Notes: a model not told the origin generated them from the letters alone. A stretch of DNA of 64,000 nucleotides from an uncultured Elusimicrobia bacterium (GCA_963702895.1 OY969767.1:64001-128000); one strand, 5' to 3'; positions 45,803 to 56,537 are shown, numbered from the stretch's first letter. A program made the numbers and translations.

Positions 45803-48471
45803 TGAGCTTGTCTCGGTCCTCTTCATCCGACAAACTCGCCCCCCTGCGGCGTGATATCGATTTCCTGGCCCGCCTCCTGGGTGAAGCGATCCTCACGCAT
45901 GCCGGCGAGCCGGTCTACAAGGCGGTGGCGCATGTCCGCCGTGCCACGCTTGCCCTGCGCCGAAAATACAGTCCCGCCGCGGAGAAAAAGCTGCTGCATT
46001 ACATCCGCGCCCAAGATCTTTCGACCTCCACCCAGATCATTCGCGCCTTCGCGCTGTATTTCCAGCTGGTCAATCTCGCCGAAGAGGTCCATCGTGTCCG
46101 ACGCAAGCGCCATTATGAGAGCCTGCCCAACCACGCGCCCCAGAAAGGGTCGTTGGAGGAGGTGGTGCTCAAGCTTGGCGCTCGCGGCGTCACCCCTCCG
46201 GAAATCCAGAAAAGCCTTGAGCGCATGTCGATCGAAATCGTCCTCACCGCGCACCCCACGGAGGCCCAGCGCCAGACCATTTTGACCAAACTCCTGCGCA
46301 TCGCGGTCTTCATGATCGATCATGAGCGCGCGCGCGCCACGCCTCTGGAAGAGGAGGCCTTTGTCGCGCAGGTGCGCGGCGAAGTGGACGCGCTCTGGCA
46401 AACGGAAAGCATCCGCCGCCGGAAGGTCACCCCGCTCGACGAGGCGGAAAACGGTCTTTTTTATCTCGACCAGATGCTCTTTGAGCGCGTCCCCCGGACG
46501 CTGGAGAAGCTCGAATACCATTTGAATCAGGTCTATGGACGAAAGCTCCGCGTCGGAGACGTCCTGCATGTCGGCTCCTGGATGGGCGCGGACCGCGACG
46601 CCAATCCCTTCGTGACCCACTCGATCACGCGGAAAGTCGCGGAGATGTCCCGGCAGCTCGTTCTGCGCAAATATTTTTCGGCCGTGGATGAGCTGATTGG
46701 CCGCTGCAGCCTCTCCTCGGAGCTCGCGCCGCCCCTGCCGAGTCTGATGGCATCCCTCAAGCGGGACGTCGAGCGCTTGAGCAGACACGCGAAGACCCTC
46801 GAAGGGCGCTTTATGAATGAACCTTATCGCCAGAAGCTTTCCTTTATGAAGCACAAGTTGGGGATGATGATCGCGGGAGGCAAGGGGTACCCCAACGCCA
46901 GGTCCTTCCTCAGGGACGCCGAGCTGATCGAGGACGCCCTCCGTCACGCTCGTTCGGCCTTGGCGGGAGACGTGGCGTTTCTCTGCCGCCAGATCAGGAT
47001 CTTCGGATTTCATCTGGTTTCGCTTGACATCCGGGAGAATTCGCTGGCCATCCATGCCGCTTCCATCGCTAAACGATCGGGTACCCTGAGCGCCGATACC
47101 AAGGAAGTTCTTCAAACGATCCGCGCCATCAGGAAGATTCAGGACGAGGTTGACCCGAAAAGCCTCACGGCCTACGTGATCAGCTTGGCCCATGAGAAGG
47201 ATGATGTTCTGGAGCTCCTCGCTTTGCTTCAAAAAGAAGGCCTGGGCGGACGCGTGGACATCGTGCCGCTTTTTGAGAGCATCGCGGATTTGAGACATTC
47301 CGATGAGGTGATGTCCGAGCTCTACGAACATCCTGTCTACCGCCGGCATCTTAAAGAGCGCGGCAATGTCCAAGAAATTATGGTGGGCTATTCCGATTCC
47401 AACAAAGACGGCGGCTTCTTCACCTCGGGCTGGGAGCTCTATAAAGCGCAGCTGGAACTCACCGAGGCCGCCAAGCGCCACGGCGTTCGCCAGGTGCTCT
47501 TCCATGGTCGGGGCGGCGCGATCGGCCGCGGCGGTGGTCCGCTCAATCAGGCGATTCTGGCTCAGCCTCTCGAAACGGTGCAGGGCATGATCAAAATGAC
47601 CGAGCAGGGGGAGATGATCCATAACAAGTACGGCAACCCCTATCTCGCTGATCGAAACCTTGAGCTCATTCTTTCGGCCATGATCGAAAGTGATTTGCTG
47701 ACGGAGCCCTTGGCGCTGGAGGGAGCCTGGGTCAAAGCCGCGGAAGATCTTTCACAGCTTTCCTTTAAGGCTTACCGGGGCCTTGTGTACGATGATCCGG
47801 ATTTTGAGACCTTTTTTGACGAGTGCACACCCATCCGTGAGATCCAGGAACTGAATATCGGCTCGCGCCCCGCGCGCCGCGTGGCAGATTCCACGCGCAT
47901 CGAGGACCTGCGCGCCATTCCCTGGGTCTTTTCCTGGACCCAGTCCCGCTATACGCTGCCGGGTTGGTACGGGTTCGGCACCGCCCTGAAGTTCTGGCTG
48001 GAGGGCAGAGGAGTGAAGAATGAGAAGAAACACGGTTCCAGCCGCCCTTCCTCCCATGGCCATCGCCTCTCGGTCCTCCGGCAGATGTACCGGGACTGGC
48101 CTTTTTTCAAGTCCCAAGTCGATTTTATGGCCATGAGCGCGCAAAAGGCCGACATGCATATCGCCCGGCGCTACGCGGAGCTGGTGGAGGACAAGAGCAT
48201 GCGTGAGAGGATCTTCTCGCGCATCGAAGGGGAGCACCGGTGGCTGGTCGAGGGCATTCTCTCGATCACCGGAGAAAAGGCGACGCTGCAGTCCAATCCG
48301 ACGCTGCAGAGCTCGATCAAGCGGCGCAACCCTTACGTTGACGCGCTCAGCTATTTCCAGATCAGCCTTCTCCAGGCCTGGCGGGCTTCCGGTCGGACGC
48401 GGGATGATTTGAAGCATGCCGTTCTTTTATCCATCAATGGGGTCGCCAACGGCATGCGAAATACGGGATAA
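45799..48471 (+). CDS. ppc: Phosphoenolpyruvate carboxylase
   Basis: [57 protein letters not shown]. Confidence 0.97.
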   Translation: MMSLSRSSSSDKLAPLRRDIDFLARLLGEAILTHAGEPVYKAVAHVRRATLALRRKYSPAAEKKLLHYIRAQDLSTSTQIIRAFALYFQLVNLAEEVHRVRRKRHYESLPNHAPQKGSLEEVVLKLGARGVTPPEIQKSLERMSIEIVLTAHPTEAQRQTILTKLLRIAVFMIDHERARATPLEEEAFVAQVRGEVDALWQTESIRRRKVTPLDEAENGLFYLDQMLFERVPRTLEKLEYHLNQVYGRKLRVGDVLHVGSWMGADRDANPFVTHSITRKVAEMSRQLVLRKYFSAVDELIGRCSLSSELAPPLPSLMASLKRDVERLSRHAKTLEGRFMNEPYRQKLSFMKHKLGMMIAGGKGYPNARSFLRDAELIEDALRHARSALAGDVAFLCRQIRIFGFHLVSLDIRENSLAIHAASIAKRSGTLSADTKEVLQTIRAIRKIQDEVDPKSLTAYVISLAHEKDDVLELLALLQKEGLGGRVDIVPLFESIADLRHSDEVMSELYEHPVYRRHLKERGNVQEIMVGYSDSNKDGGFFTSGWELYKAQLELTEAAKRHGVRQVLFHGRGGAIGRGGGPLNQAILAQPLETVQGMIKMTEQGEMIHNKYGNPYLADRNLELILSAMIESDLLTEPLALEGAWVKAAEDLSQLSFKAYRGLVYDDPDFETFFDECTPIREIQELNIGSRPARRVADSTRIEDLRAIPWVFSWTQSRYTLPGWYGFGTALKFWLEGRGVKNEKKHGSSRPSSHGHRLSVLRQMYRDWPFFKSQVDFMAMSAQKADMHIARRYAELVEDKSMRERIFSRIEGEHRWLVEGILSITGEKATLQSNPTLQSSIKRRNPYVDALSYFQISLLQAWRASGRTRDDLKHAVLLSINGVANGMRNTG

Positions 48472-48496
48472 TAGAACAGCCTATCCGAAAAACACC

Positions 48497-48607
48497 CCCC
48501 TCTCCCGGCGTGAGACGGGAGAGGGCGAGGCGTAGCCTCGGGTGAGGGCAAAGGCTTGAGCGTGCCCTCATCCCGACCTTCTCCCATCCTGCGGACGGGA
48601 GAAGGGG
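48497..48607. repeat. Palindromic family B copy (intergenic)
   Basis: CCCTCTCCCGGCGTGAGACGGGAGAGGG...GGTGAGGG...CCCTCATCCCGACCTTCTCCC...GGGAGAAGG. Confidence 0.88.
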
Positions 48608-48650
48608 TTTCTGGAACCGCCTCTAAGGAAAGCAACAGAAAGGATCCGTT

Positions 48651-49133
48651 ATGTCCAAACCCTTGGTCATAGTCTTAATGGGCAGCAAATCCGATTGGGA
48701 GACGATGCAGCATGCCTGCGTGACACTGAATGAGTTCAAGGTGCCGCATGAAAGCCGGGTGCTTTCCGCACACCGGACCCCCAAAGAAACGGCGGAGTAT
48801 ATCACGAAAGCGGAAGGTCGAGGCGTCGAGGTCGTGATCGCGGCGGCAGGCGGCGCGGCGCACTTGGCCGGCGTTTGCGCGGCGCATACGGCCCTTCCCG
48901 TGCTGGGCGTGCCCATGACGAGCGCTTTGAATGGCCTGGACTCCTTGCTCTCCACCGTCCAAATGCCTGCTGGTATTCCCGTGGGAACTTTGGCGATCGG
49001 CAAAGCAGGAGCGACGAACGCCGCTCTCTTGGCGGTGTCGATCCTCTCGCTTTCACGGCCTGAGCTCAAGAAGAAGATCAAACAATACCGTCAAGCGCAG
49101 TCGAACAAAGTCTTAACGGAGAAGCTGTCCTAA
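48651..49133 (+). CDS. purE: N5-carboxyaminoimidazole ribonucleotide mutase
   Basis: MGSKSD, SAHRTP, AGGAAHL, GLDSLLSTVQMPAGIPVGT. Confidence 0.97.
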   Translation: MSKPLVIVLMGSKSDWETMQHACVTLNEFKVPHESRVLSAHRTPKETAEYITKAEGRGVEVVIAAAGGAAHLAGVCAAHTALPVLGVPMTSALNGLDSLLSTVQMPAGIPVGTLAIGKAGATNAALLAVSILSLSRPELKKKIKQYRQAQSNKVLTEKLS

Positions 49134-49146
49134 GCAGAAAGAATTC

Positions 49147-50217
49147 ATGAACCAACAACCGCTCACACGCGACGTCCTCATTCGCATTTTCTTCTTTAGT
49201 GCTTTTGCTTTGATCTTATACCAGCTCTTTCTTCTGGCGCGGCCTTTCTTGACCGCCATGTTGGGTGCTGCGATGCTGGCCTTGATCTTTTATCCCCTTC
49301 ACGTGCGAATCGTCAGAAAGCTTCGTAACCGGACCGCCGCCTCGCTCCTGAGCACCCTCGGCGTGCTGCTCTTGGGCGTGCTTCCTCTGGTGGGGATCAC
49401 ATGGTTCTTTATCCGTGAAGCCTCGGACCTGGCGCCGGTCATCAAAAGGTTCTTGGATGAGCTCCGGGCGCGCGACTGGCCGACACTCGAGGCGCGTCTC
49501 CCTTCCATTCTTCAACGCGCTGTTGGGTTTTTGTCCAATATCTTCACGCATATGAATGTTGATTTTAGAGAGGTCCTCTTGGACAATGCCCGCACGGTGG
49601 GAACGAAGGTCACCTTTTGGGCTTCACAGGCGCTTCGCAACATCGCGGTGACGCTGCTCAATATCTTGATCCTTTCCATCGCGCTCTTCTTCGCCTTCCT
49701 CGATGGGGAGCGCCTGCTGCAGTGGGCGATTTCCCTCATTCCGATGCGGGCTTCCCATAAACAAATTGTCGCCCAACGAGTCTATGAGACCTTCCGAGCT
49801 GTCGTTGTGGGTTCATTTTTGACCGCGACCGCTCAAGGGGCGCTCGCCATCATCGGCTTTCTGATCGCCGGCGTGAAGCTTCCCGTGGTGTTGGGGATCA
49901 CCACGAGCCTTGCGGCGATGCTGGGGGCTTCTATCCTCGTCACCATTCCCGTCGCTCTGTCGGTGATGCGGGAGAATGTCGGGTGGGGTTTCTTTCTTCT
50001 TGTCTGGGCGCTCGGCGTGGTGGGGGTCGTGGATAATTTTCTTAAACCCATTCTCATTGGCTCGCGCGCGAGGATGCCCATTATCCTGATTTTCTTCAGC
50101 ATTGTCGGGGGCGTCAAACTCTATGGGTTTCTCGGCTTTATCCTCGGCCCCCTCCTGATGGCCGGCTTTTTGTCCTTCGTTAAAATCTACCGCGAGGAAT
50201 ACGACACCAATTCATGA
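49147..50217 (+). CDS. AI-2E family transporter
   Basis: Multi-TM; 'DNFLKPILIG', 'GG...YGFLGFILGP'. Confidence 0.9.
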   Translation: MNQQPLTRDVLIRIFFFSAFALILYQLFLLARPFLTAMLGAAMLALIFYPLHVRIVRKLRNRTAASLLSTLGVLLLGVLPLVGITWFFIREASDLAPVIKRFLDELRARDWPTLEARLPSILQRAVGFLSNIFTHMNVDFREVLLDNARTVGTKVTFWASQALRNIAVTLLNILILSIALFFAFLDGERLLQWAISLIPMRASHKQIVAQRVYETFRAVVVGSFLTATAQGALAIIGFLIAGVKLPVVLGITTSLAAMLGASILVTIPVALSVMRENVGWGFFLLVWALGVVGVVDNFLKPILIGSRARMPIILIFFSIVGGVKLYGFLGFILGPLLMAGFLSFVKIYREEYDTNS

Positions 50218-50984
50218 CGGACTCCGCCAAGAAGGCCCTGCAGGCAACCGCCTCTTTTTTCTGGGTGGTGGCCTTTGGGGTGGGGGTTGTCCGCGTCCGC
50301 TCCGCATTCGTGAAGTCTGCCGATGCCCTCCAAGAGACCCAGGCGCTCGTCACGCAAATCGCTCAAGAATCCCTCACCCTTGAGAACGCGACACGCCGTA
50401 TCCAGGAGGCCGACCAACAAACAGAGTTTTTAAGAGGGCTTGTCAGTTTATTGCCTGAGAGCAAGAGTTTCGTTCGCACGCAGCGCGCGATGTCGGACGA
50501 AGTCGAGGCCCTGCGCTACAAAGTCGGCCGCAAAGTCAAAAATGACCTGCATGTTCTGGTGGATACCCGCGCCAATAAACTTTATGTGAAACAGGGCCTG
50601 GTCCTCCTCTGGGAAGCGGACTGTTCCGTGGGCCGAGGCGGCATCCTCACGGATATGCTCACGGGACGCCGCTGGGAGTTTGTGACGCCCCGCGGGCAAT
50701 TTGAGATACGCGAGAAGATCGAAAACCCTTTATGGATTAAGCCTGACTGGGCGTTTGTCGAAGAGAAAAAACCGATTCCCCCTCCCGGAGATGCGAGCCG
50801 TCAAGCGGAGGGCGAATTGGGAGGCTATGTGCTTAATCTCGGAGATGGCTATCTCATTCACGGCACGAAGGATGAGTCCGCGTTGGGACGTCCGGTCTCT
50901 CATGGTTGCGTACGTCTCGGGGCCCAGGACCTCGAGCGCCTCTATGAAATCGCACCCAAGTGGACGAAGGTGTACATCTACTGA
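50214..50984 (+). CDS. L,D-transpeptidase (YkuD) with N-terminal TM/coiled coil
   Basis: TPRGQF, P.W..PDW, YLIHGT...GRPVSHGCVRL. Confidence 0.9.
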   Translation: MTDSAKKALQATASFFWVVAFGVGVVRVRSAFVKSADALQETQALVTQIAQESLTLENATRRIQEADQQTEFLRGLVSLLPESKSFVRTQRAMSDEVEALRYKVGRKVKNDLHVLVDTRANKLYVKQGLVLLWEADCSVGRGGILTDMLTGRRWEFVTPRGQFEIREKIENPLWIKPDWAFVEEKKPIPPPGDASRQAEGELGGYVLNLGDGYLIHGTKDESALGRPVSHGCVRLGAQDLERLYEIAPKWTKVYIY

Positions 50985-51808
50985 TGAGCTCCGATCAAAT
51001 TTTATCGAAACTGCTGGGCCAGGCCCGCCCGCTTTGGGTCATGCTTGTGGCGGTGGGGATCCTCATCGCGCTTTTCATCGCCCCGTGGACCCTGCACGAG
51101 ATCATGCTTCGTGAAAAGGCCCTCCAGGACGATCTTCGCGTTACGCTCGAGCAAAGCATTGCTGCGCGTGAGCGCGTGAGCGCCCATGATACCCTCAAGA
51201 CGCTCGATCTGGAGCAGCTCAAAGCGGGACTGAGCGGGAACGCGCAATCACAAAAATCACTCTTTGAGTCCGGATTGTCGCTTCAAGAAGAACGCCGGCT
51301 CCTGGAGAAGCAGCTGGAAATTATCACCACGAGCCTGTTTGTGAACCCTTCCCTTCAGCGTGTCTTCTTGATGCGTGCCGAACAGCCCCTGCAAAGCTAC
51401 TTGTTGTCCTATGTTCCCCTCAAAGCGTATGCCGGCGCACCCGTGACGCTTCCGGGCGTGGTCCGGATCACGTCCAAGGAACGCTTCGCGCATCCAGAGC
51501 GAGGCATGTCCGAACAGATTGAGGGTTTTCTGCAATGGGTACCGCCGCAAGTGGGCACTTCCCTGCGGTCTAAAGCTCTGGGGGAATTTGTGATGTTTAC
51601 CAACAGTGCCCTCATTCTGCATGGGGCCCCTGTGAATGCGGAAGACCACGAACGGTTTCAGCACGCGTGTTTAGGATTAGAAAGCGAAGCGGCGAGAAAA
51701 CTCTATCGTGCCAGCTTCATCGGGACCAAAATCTCACTCACCAACATCACGATCGAGGGAGTCCCTTTGCCGCTGCCCTCTGAGCTCACGCCCGGCACCA
51801 CACCTTAA
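50984..51808 (+). CDS. Divergent L,D-transpeptidase-like protein
   Basis: TM + coiled coil; 'LILHGAP...QHACLGL...LY...IGTKI'; TGATG coupling to the upstream gene. Confidence 0.6.
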   Translation: MSSDQILSKLLGQARPLWVMLVAVGILIALFIAPWTLHEIMLREKALQDDLRVTLEQSIAARERVSAHDTLKTLDLEQLKAGLSGNAQSQKSLFESGLSLQEERRLLEKQLEIITTSLFVNPSLQRVFLMRAEQPLQSYLLSYVPLKAYAGAPVTLPGVVRITSKERFAHPERGMSEQIEGFLQWVPPQVGTSLRSKALGEFVMFTNSALILHGAPVNAEDHERFQHACLGLESEAARKLYRASFIGTKISLTNITIEGVPLPLPSELTPGTTP

Positions 51809-51814
51809 GATAGG

Positions 51815-53047
51815 TTACATAGAGCGCGATCGCCACGCTCGCTCGGAGGTCTTGGAATCCGGTTCCACACGAAAACGCACCGAACCAATCGTGCGGCCAT
51901 CTTCTGTTTCAATGAGCACCCGCCACCGCCCCGGTTCGTACCTCGATTTCGCGCCATAACCACGGTAACCTTCCCCCCGGCCCCCCACGATGGGAAGAGG
52001 GAAGCGGTCCGTCGTGATAAACGTGTTGTTCTCCCGATCCTCCTTCTCCCAGACCAAAAAGATCCGATGCGTGAACCGACGAGGCGCAAACACGCGCACA
52101 AAACAGAAAATGGCGTCCCCCGGTCGCGCGAGAAAGATGCGACTGTCGTGTTGCCAGAAGCGGTACCAAGGCGGCTTGGGCGAGGCGAGCTTGTAGCGGT
52201 CTCCTTCTCGGCTCACCTGATGATAGATCCCTCCATACTGCATGGACAATGGCACAGGAGGGATCCACTTCAACACATAGAGCGCGATCACAAGCAGCAA
52301 AAGCACAGCCGGAGGCCACCCTAAGGCGATAGCAGTGGCACGCTCGGAAACGACCGGGTCTTGTGTCGTCATCCCGGCGGAAGCCGGCCCTCCAAACTCC
52401 CGGCGGGCCGGGTCGCCGGCTGCTTGGAGACCCGGGATCCACGGTTCGCTTGTTTCTGGACCCCGGTTTTCACCGGGGTGACGTCTTATCTCGACAATTC
52501 GGGTCAACCGCGCCAGGTGCCGCACGAGATAATAGGAGCACAGCCCTGTGAGAAGGACCGCGAGCGCAAAGGTCCACCCACCCATCCGCCCTACGAGGAT
52601 GGGGATGAGGTAGTTGAGATAGGACACCAAGCAAAACGCGTGAAGCCCCAGGCGCATCTTGGAACCGGCGGCCTTCACCTGCGGCATTTCGTTCGCAAAC
52701 ATCAGGAGAAGCACGAGGAGCAGAAACACCATGGAACGCGGCCCGGTCGTGCTTTTGAAATAGAGGATCACATAAGCGCTCAGGAGTCCTCCGTAACAGA
52801 AGTGAATGGCTTCTGTTTCGAAGTGCCAGAGGCGTGCCACCCAGCCGGTCGGGCGCCATATCCCCAATTCATAGCGGAATTGGCGGACCAGGATGAGCGT
52901 GATCAGACCTAAGTAGGTGCTCTGGTAGATCAGATCAAGAAGGGAGTCAATTCGGACCAATGTGAAAACGTCAAAAAGGAACCCGCCCACAAAGAAGAGG
53001 ACGTTGCGATTTCGGGAGGCCCAGTCTTTGGCGATTCGATAATCCAC
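51815..53047 (-). CDS. DUF2914-like membrane protein with in-frame repeat insertion
   Basis: FFVGGFLFD, multi-TM, 'IPPVPLS', 'VFAP', 'GGRGEGYRGY..K....GRWRV.IETEDGR.IG'. Confidence 0.85.
   Translation of the reverse strand: MDYRIAKDWASRNRNVLFFVGGFLFDVFTLVRIDSLLDLIYQSTYLGLITLILVRQFRYELGIWRPTGWVARLWHFETEAIHFCYGGLLSAYVILYFKSTTGPRSMVFLLLVLLLMFANEMPQVKAAGSKMRLGLHAFCLVSYLNYLIPILVGRMGGWTFALAVLLTGLCSYYLVRHLARLTRIVEIRRHPGENRGPETSEPWIPGLQAAGDPARREFGGPASAGMTTQDPVVSERATAIALGWPPAVLLLLVIALYVLKWIPPVPLSMQYGGIYHQVSREGDRYKLASPKPPWYRFWQHDSRIFLARPGDAIFCFVRVFAPRRFTHRIFLVWEKEDRENNTFITTDRFPLPIVGGRGEGYRGYGAKSRYEPGRWRVLIETEDGRTIGSVRFRVEPDSKTSERAWRSRSM
52364..52485. repeat. REP-like family A composite inside the DUF2914-like gene
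   Basis: GTCATCCCGGCGGAAGCCGG...GGACCCCGGTTTTCACCGGGGTGAC, with the same internal module as 17102 and 26186 in reverse orientation. Confidence 0.85.
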
Positions 53048-53086
53048 TCTGTGATATTCTACCTGTTAAACCAGTATGATAAAGGC

Positions 53087-53455
53087 ATGTCGAACCCCAG
53101 CGCTCATTCGCGAAAGCGGGCGCCCCGAAGAAATCTCGTCGCCATCGATGGGACGCTCGATGTTGTTTCCAAGCTCTCGATTGAGGTCCAGGAAAATGGT
53201 CTGAACGCGGAACCTTTTGAGCTGCGGATCATTCACCGGGACGGCGTGCGGGAGCATGTGGAGTGCAACAACCCTGCTTGCTTTGAGGGTGGCTTCTCGT
53301 TGGGACAAGTGCTGCGCGAGATGGTGGCCAACCGCCAGGGGGAGTTTATCGGTACGTGCTTCTGCACGGGCCAGGAAGGCCATCCCGATGAGGAAGGCCC
53401 CCACCCCTCCTGCTCCACCCGCTTTGAAGTAGAAGTCACCCTCCACTACCGCTGA
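53087..53455 (+). CDS. Small Cys-containing hypothetical protein (possible Zn-binding)
   Basis: CNNPAC..GGF, CFCTGQEG, C; TATGAT 6 nt upstream of ATG. Confidence 0.65.
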   Translation: MSNPSAHSRKRAPRRNLVAIDGTLDVVSKLSIEVQENGLNAEPFELRIIHRDGVREHVECNNPACFEGGFSLGQVLREMVANRQGEFIGTCFCTGQEGHPDEEGPHPSCSTRFEVEVTLHYR

Positions 53456-53778
53456 ACCATCCCGCGCCAACCGAGTGGTGGGCTGCTCGTTCCGTCGGCT
53501 TGTATCGCCAGACGTCTGGCGATCACGTCCCTCCGGCTCCGATTCCTCGTACAACTCCTCGCCCCCCGGACCCCCCATCTTAAGAGGACGGGGGGCTTCG
53601 TCGTCCCGCCCACTTTATAAGCGCCGGAGGCGCGGGTATAGTCGGGACAGCCCCGGCCTTCTAGTAATTCATGAGGAAGCGGGGCGAACAGTACTCGGAG
53701 AATCATCTCCGTCTTCGGGACTCAAGCCTCCAAGTCACTCGCTAGCCCACCACTCGGCTGGCGCGAGTGAATAACAAA

Positions 53779-54008
53779 TGGTCAAAAGGGCTGATGGGGC
53801 TAGGTGAGCGACTCGGTGATTTCAGCCGGATCCCTGAGGACGCCTAGGCCGAACTGTTTGACGAAGTCCCCCATCCGCTAAAGATAGGGGGCCTGGGGGA
53901 CGAGGAGTTGTGAGGCCTGTCCGAAGGGAGACGGCGGTCCTCCGTAGCCATGGCGAAGGAGGAGAAATCACCGCGGAGCGAACGTAGCCCCATCAGCCCT
54001 TCTGACCA
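53779..54008. repeat. MITE-like palindromic element E
   Basis: 23/24-bp terminal inverted repeat TGGTCA(A/G)AAGGGCTGATGGGGCTA; internal segment resembles the reverse complement of ~53550-53602. Confidence 0.65.
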
Positions 54009-54021
54009 GACGATGGCTTGC

Positions 54022-54603
54022 CTATTTATAGTAGTCGGGTTCGTTGCCCGGTTTCCATTTGATGTTGCAGCCGGTCGCGGGCCGCTGGTCCTGTGAAACG
54101 GGCTGGTCGCTCAGCACGGCGTCGATCGCCGCGCGCAGGTCCTTGCCGGTGACCGGCTTGCCGTTTCCGGGACGCGAATCATCGAGTTGTCCCCGGTACA
54201 CCAGTGTTCTTTCCTTATCAAATAAAAAGATATCAGGCGTACAGGCGGCCGTGTAGAGCTTGGCCACGTCCTGGGATTCGTCATAGAGAAGTGGGTAGGT
54301 GATGCCGGACTCTTTCACAAACTTCGCCAGCTCCTCCGGCGCGTCATCGGGGTACCGTTCGGTGTCATTGGAGCTGATCCCGACCATGCCAAGGTCTTTG
54401 CCCTTGTAATCTTTCCCGAGCCTGGCCAGCTCACCTTTGATGTGCTGGACGTAGGGGCAATGCTGGCAGATAAACATGACCAAGAGCCCCTTCTTCTTGG
54501 CGAAATCCTTGAGCGAATAGATTTTTCCGGATCTAACCTCCGGAAGCTTGAAATCGACCGCGGTCGTTCCCAGCGGCAGCATCGTTGACGGGGTAAGCGA
54601 CAT
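54022..54603 (-). CDS. Thioredoxin/AhpC-TSA family protein
   Basis: MFICQHCPYV, ISSND...YPDD, AACTPD, YRGQLDDSRP, GCNIKWK; SD AGGAGGAGG. Confidence 0.92.
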   Translation of the reverse strand: MSLTPSTMLPLGTTAVDFKLPEVRSGKIYSLKDFAKKKGLLVMFICQHCPYVQHIKGELARLGKDYKGKDLGMVGISSNDTERYPDDAPEELAKFVKESGITYPLLYDESQDVAKLYTAACTPDIFLFDKERTLVYRGQLDDSRPGNGKPVTGKDLRAAIDAVLSDQPVSQDQRPATGCNIKWKPGNEPDYYK

Positions 54604-54721
54604 ACGCATCCTCCTCCTGTCCATTGTTTTGACACTCACGCCTTACGGCGCTCGCCTGCTTCTCTTGCCTCATTCTACATGAGCGTGGGAACTCAATTTC
54701 AACCTCCCTGTTACATGCAGC

Positions 54722-55468
54722 ATGGTGAAAGTGATGGAGACCCCCTCAATGGATATACGGCGCAAACAGGATCACTTTCATACCAAAGCGGGTTGGTTGG
54801 ATTCGCGGCACGCCTTCAGTTTTAGCCACCATTACGATCCCTCCAACACGCATCACGGTTTGCTCCTGGTGAGCAATGAGGACTTGATCAAGCCCGGCAC
54901 GGGTTTTGAGACCCATCCGCATCGTGATATGGAGATTGTGACGTGGGTCATCCGTGGGGAGCTTGAACATAAGGATTCTCAAAAAAACAGAGGGATCATC
55001 TACCCAGGGCTTGCCCAGCGTATGAGCGCAGGGACAGGAATTTGGCATTCGGAAATGAATCCCAGCGGCGAAAAGGAAGTGCATTTGGTGCAGATGTGGG
55101 TGATTCCCGACACCGAAAGCATCGAGCCTTCCTATGAGCAGCTTGATATCAACCCTCAGTTGGACAAGGGAGGACTGGTCCCCATCGCATCGGGGAAGGG
55201 ACACCACACCGCGATCCGTATCCGTCAACAGGGTGCTGTCCTATGGGCTGGGCGCTTAAAGCCGGGAGAGACCGTTCGTATCCCGGAAGCGCGATGGGCT
55301 CATCTGCATGTCGCCACAGGCAGCGTGACCTTGGATCGAGCCGGCACTCTCGGTTCAGGCGACACAGCAAGGCTCATGGGTACGGACCGACATAAGCTTG
55401 TAGCCGATGACAAGATGGGAGCCGAAGTGCTAATCTGGCAGATGGACAAGGAGCTGTATGAGGCCTGA
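54722..55468 (+). CDS. Pirin family protein (YhhW-like)
   Basis: GWLDSRHAFSF, GFETHPHRDMEI, QRMSAGTGIWHSEMN; exact start uncertain. Confidence 0.92.
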   Translation: MVKVMETPSMDIRRKQDHFHTKAGWLDSRHAFSFSHHYDPSNTHHGLLLVSNEDLIKPGTGFETHPHRDMEIVTWVIRGELEHKDSQKNRGIIYPGLAQRMSAGTGIWHSEMNPSGEKEVHLVQMWVIPDTESIEPSYEQLDINPQLDKGGLVPIASGKGHHTAIRIRQQGAVLWAGRLKPGETVRIPEARWAHLHVATGSVTLDRAGTLGSGDTARLMGTDRHKLVADDKMGAEVLIWQMDKELYEA

Positions 55469-55577
55469 GAAAGGGGTGATCCTGATGGGACCCAATAAAC
55501 CCTGCGGTTGCTAACATTTGTGAGCAGTGCACAGCAGACGTCGCACGCTCGGCGGTCTGCTGGACTCTTCCCATAAC

Positions 55578-56537
55578 ATGAAGTCTATCCGAGTTCATCA
55601 ATTCGGGGGTCCGGAGGTCTTGAAGCTCGAGGACGTTCCCCTCCCACAGCCCGGCCAGGGTGAAGTCCTGGTGCGGGTCAAAGCCGTTGGCGTCAACCCT
55701 GTCGATACCTACATCCGCGGCGGGCTCTACGGCCAGCGGGATTTCCCCTTCACGCCGGGGCTCGATGCCGCGGGCGTCGTGGAATCCGCAGGGCCTGGCG
55801 TGAGCCGTTGGAAACCGGGCGCGCGCGTCTATGTGTATGGTTCCTTGAGCGGAACTTACGCGGAGTATGTGCTGTGCCGGGAAAATCAGGTTCATCCTTT
55901 ACCCGAGCCGCTTTCATTTGCCCAAGGCGCCGCGGTCGGAGCTGCCTACGTCACCGCTTGCTTTGCGCTTCTCAACAGAGCCAAAGCGCTTCCCGGAGAG
56001 GTCGTTCTGATCCACGGGGCCTCCGGCGGAGTGGGAGTGGCGTCCATCCAAGTGGCGCGGATGCTTAAGCTCACGGTCATTGGAACGGCCGGCACCGATC
56101 GAGGGCGCGACCTGGTCAAGCATGAAGGGGCGCAGCATGTGCTGGATCACCACGCCGCCGGCCATCTTGATGAGGTCATGAAGCTCTCGGGCGGCAAGGG
56201 CGCCGATATCGTTCTCGAAATGCTCGCCAATGAGAACCTGGGGAAGGACCTGAAAGTCCTCGCTTCGCGCGGCCGCGTCATTGTCGTCGGAAGCCGTGGC
56301 CCTGTGACGATCGATCCCCGGGACACCATGGCCCGCCATGCCGACATACGGGGCATGGCCATCCTCACAGTCCCTGAAGCGGAATTGGCCTCCGTTCATG
56401 ATACGATCGCGGAAGGTCTGGCCCATGGCGCACTGCGTCCGGTTGTGGGAGCGGAATTCCCCCTCGCGCAGGCCGCTCGCGCTCAGGAGCGGGTGATGCA
56501 GTCCGGCGCCTACGGAAAAATTGTTTTAATACCTTAA
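55578..56537 (+). CDS. NADPH:quinone reductase (MDR family)
   Basis: FGGPEVL, GVNPVD, HGASGGVG, GKIVL. Confidence 0.92.
   Translation: MKSIRVHQFGGPEVLKLEDVPLPQPGQGEVLVRVKAVGVNPVDTYIRGGLYGQRDFPFTPGLDAAGVVESAGPGVSRWKPGARVYVYGSLSGTYAEYVLCRENQVHPLPEPLSFAQGAAVGAAYVTACFALLNRAKALPGEVVLIHGASGGVGVASIQVARMLKLTVIGTAGTDRGRDLVKHEGAQHVLDHHAAGHLDEVMKLSGGKGADIVLEMLANENLGKDLKVLASRGRVIVVGSRGPVTIDPRDTMARHADIRGMAILTVPEAELASVHDTIAEGLAHGALRPVVGAEFPLAQAARAQERVMQSGAYGKIVLIP

Noticed and set aside
43349..47622. Long antisense ORFs (497 aa and 599 aa; also 20216-21559)
   Set aside because: Mirror frames of mnmG, ppc and yidC in GC-rich DNA, with no recognisable motifs.
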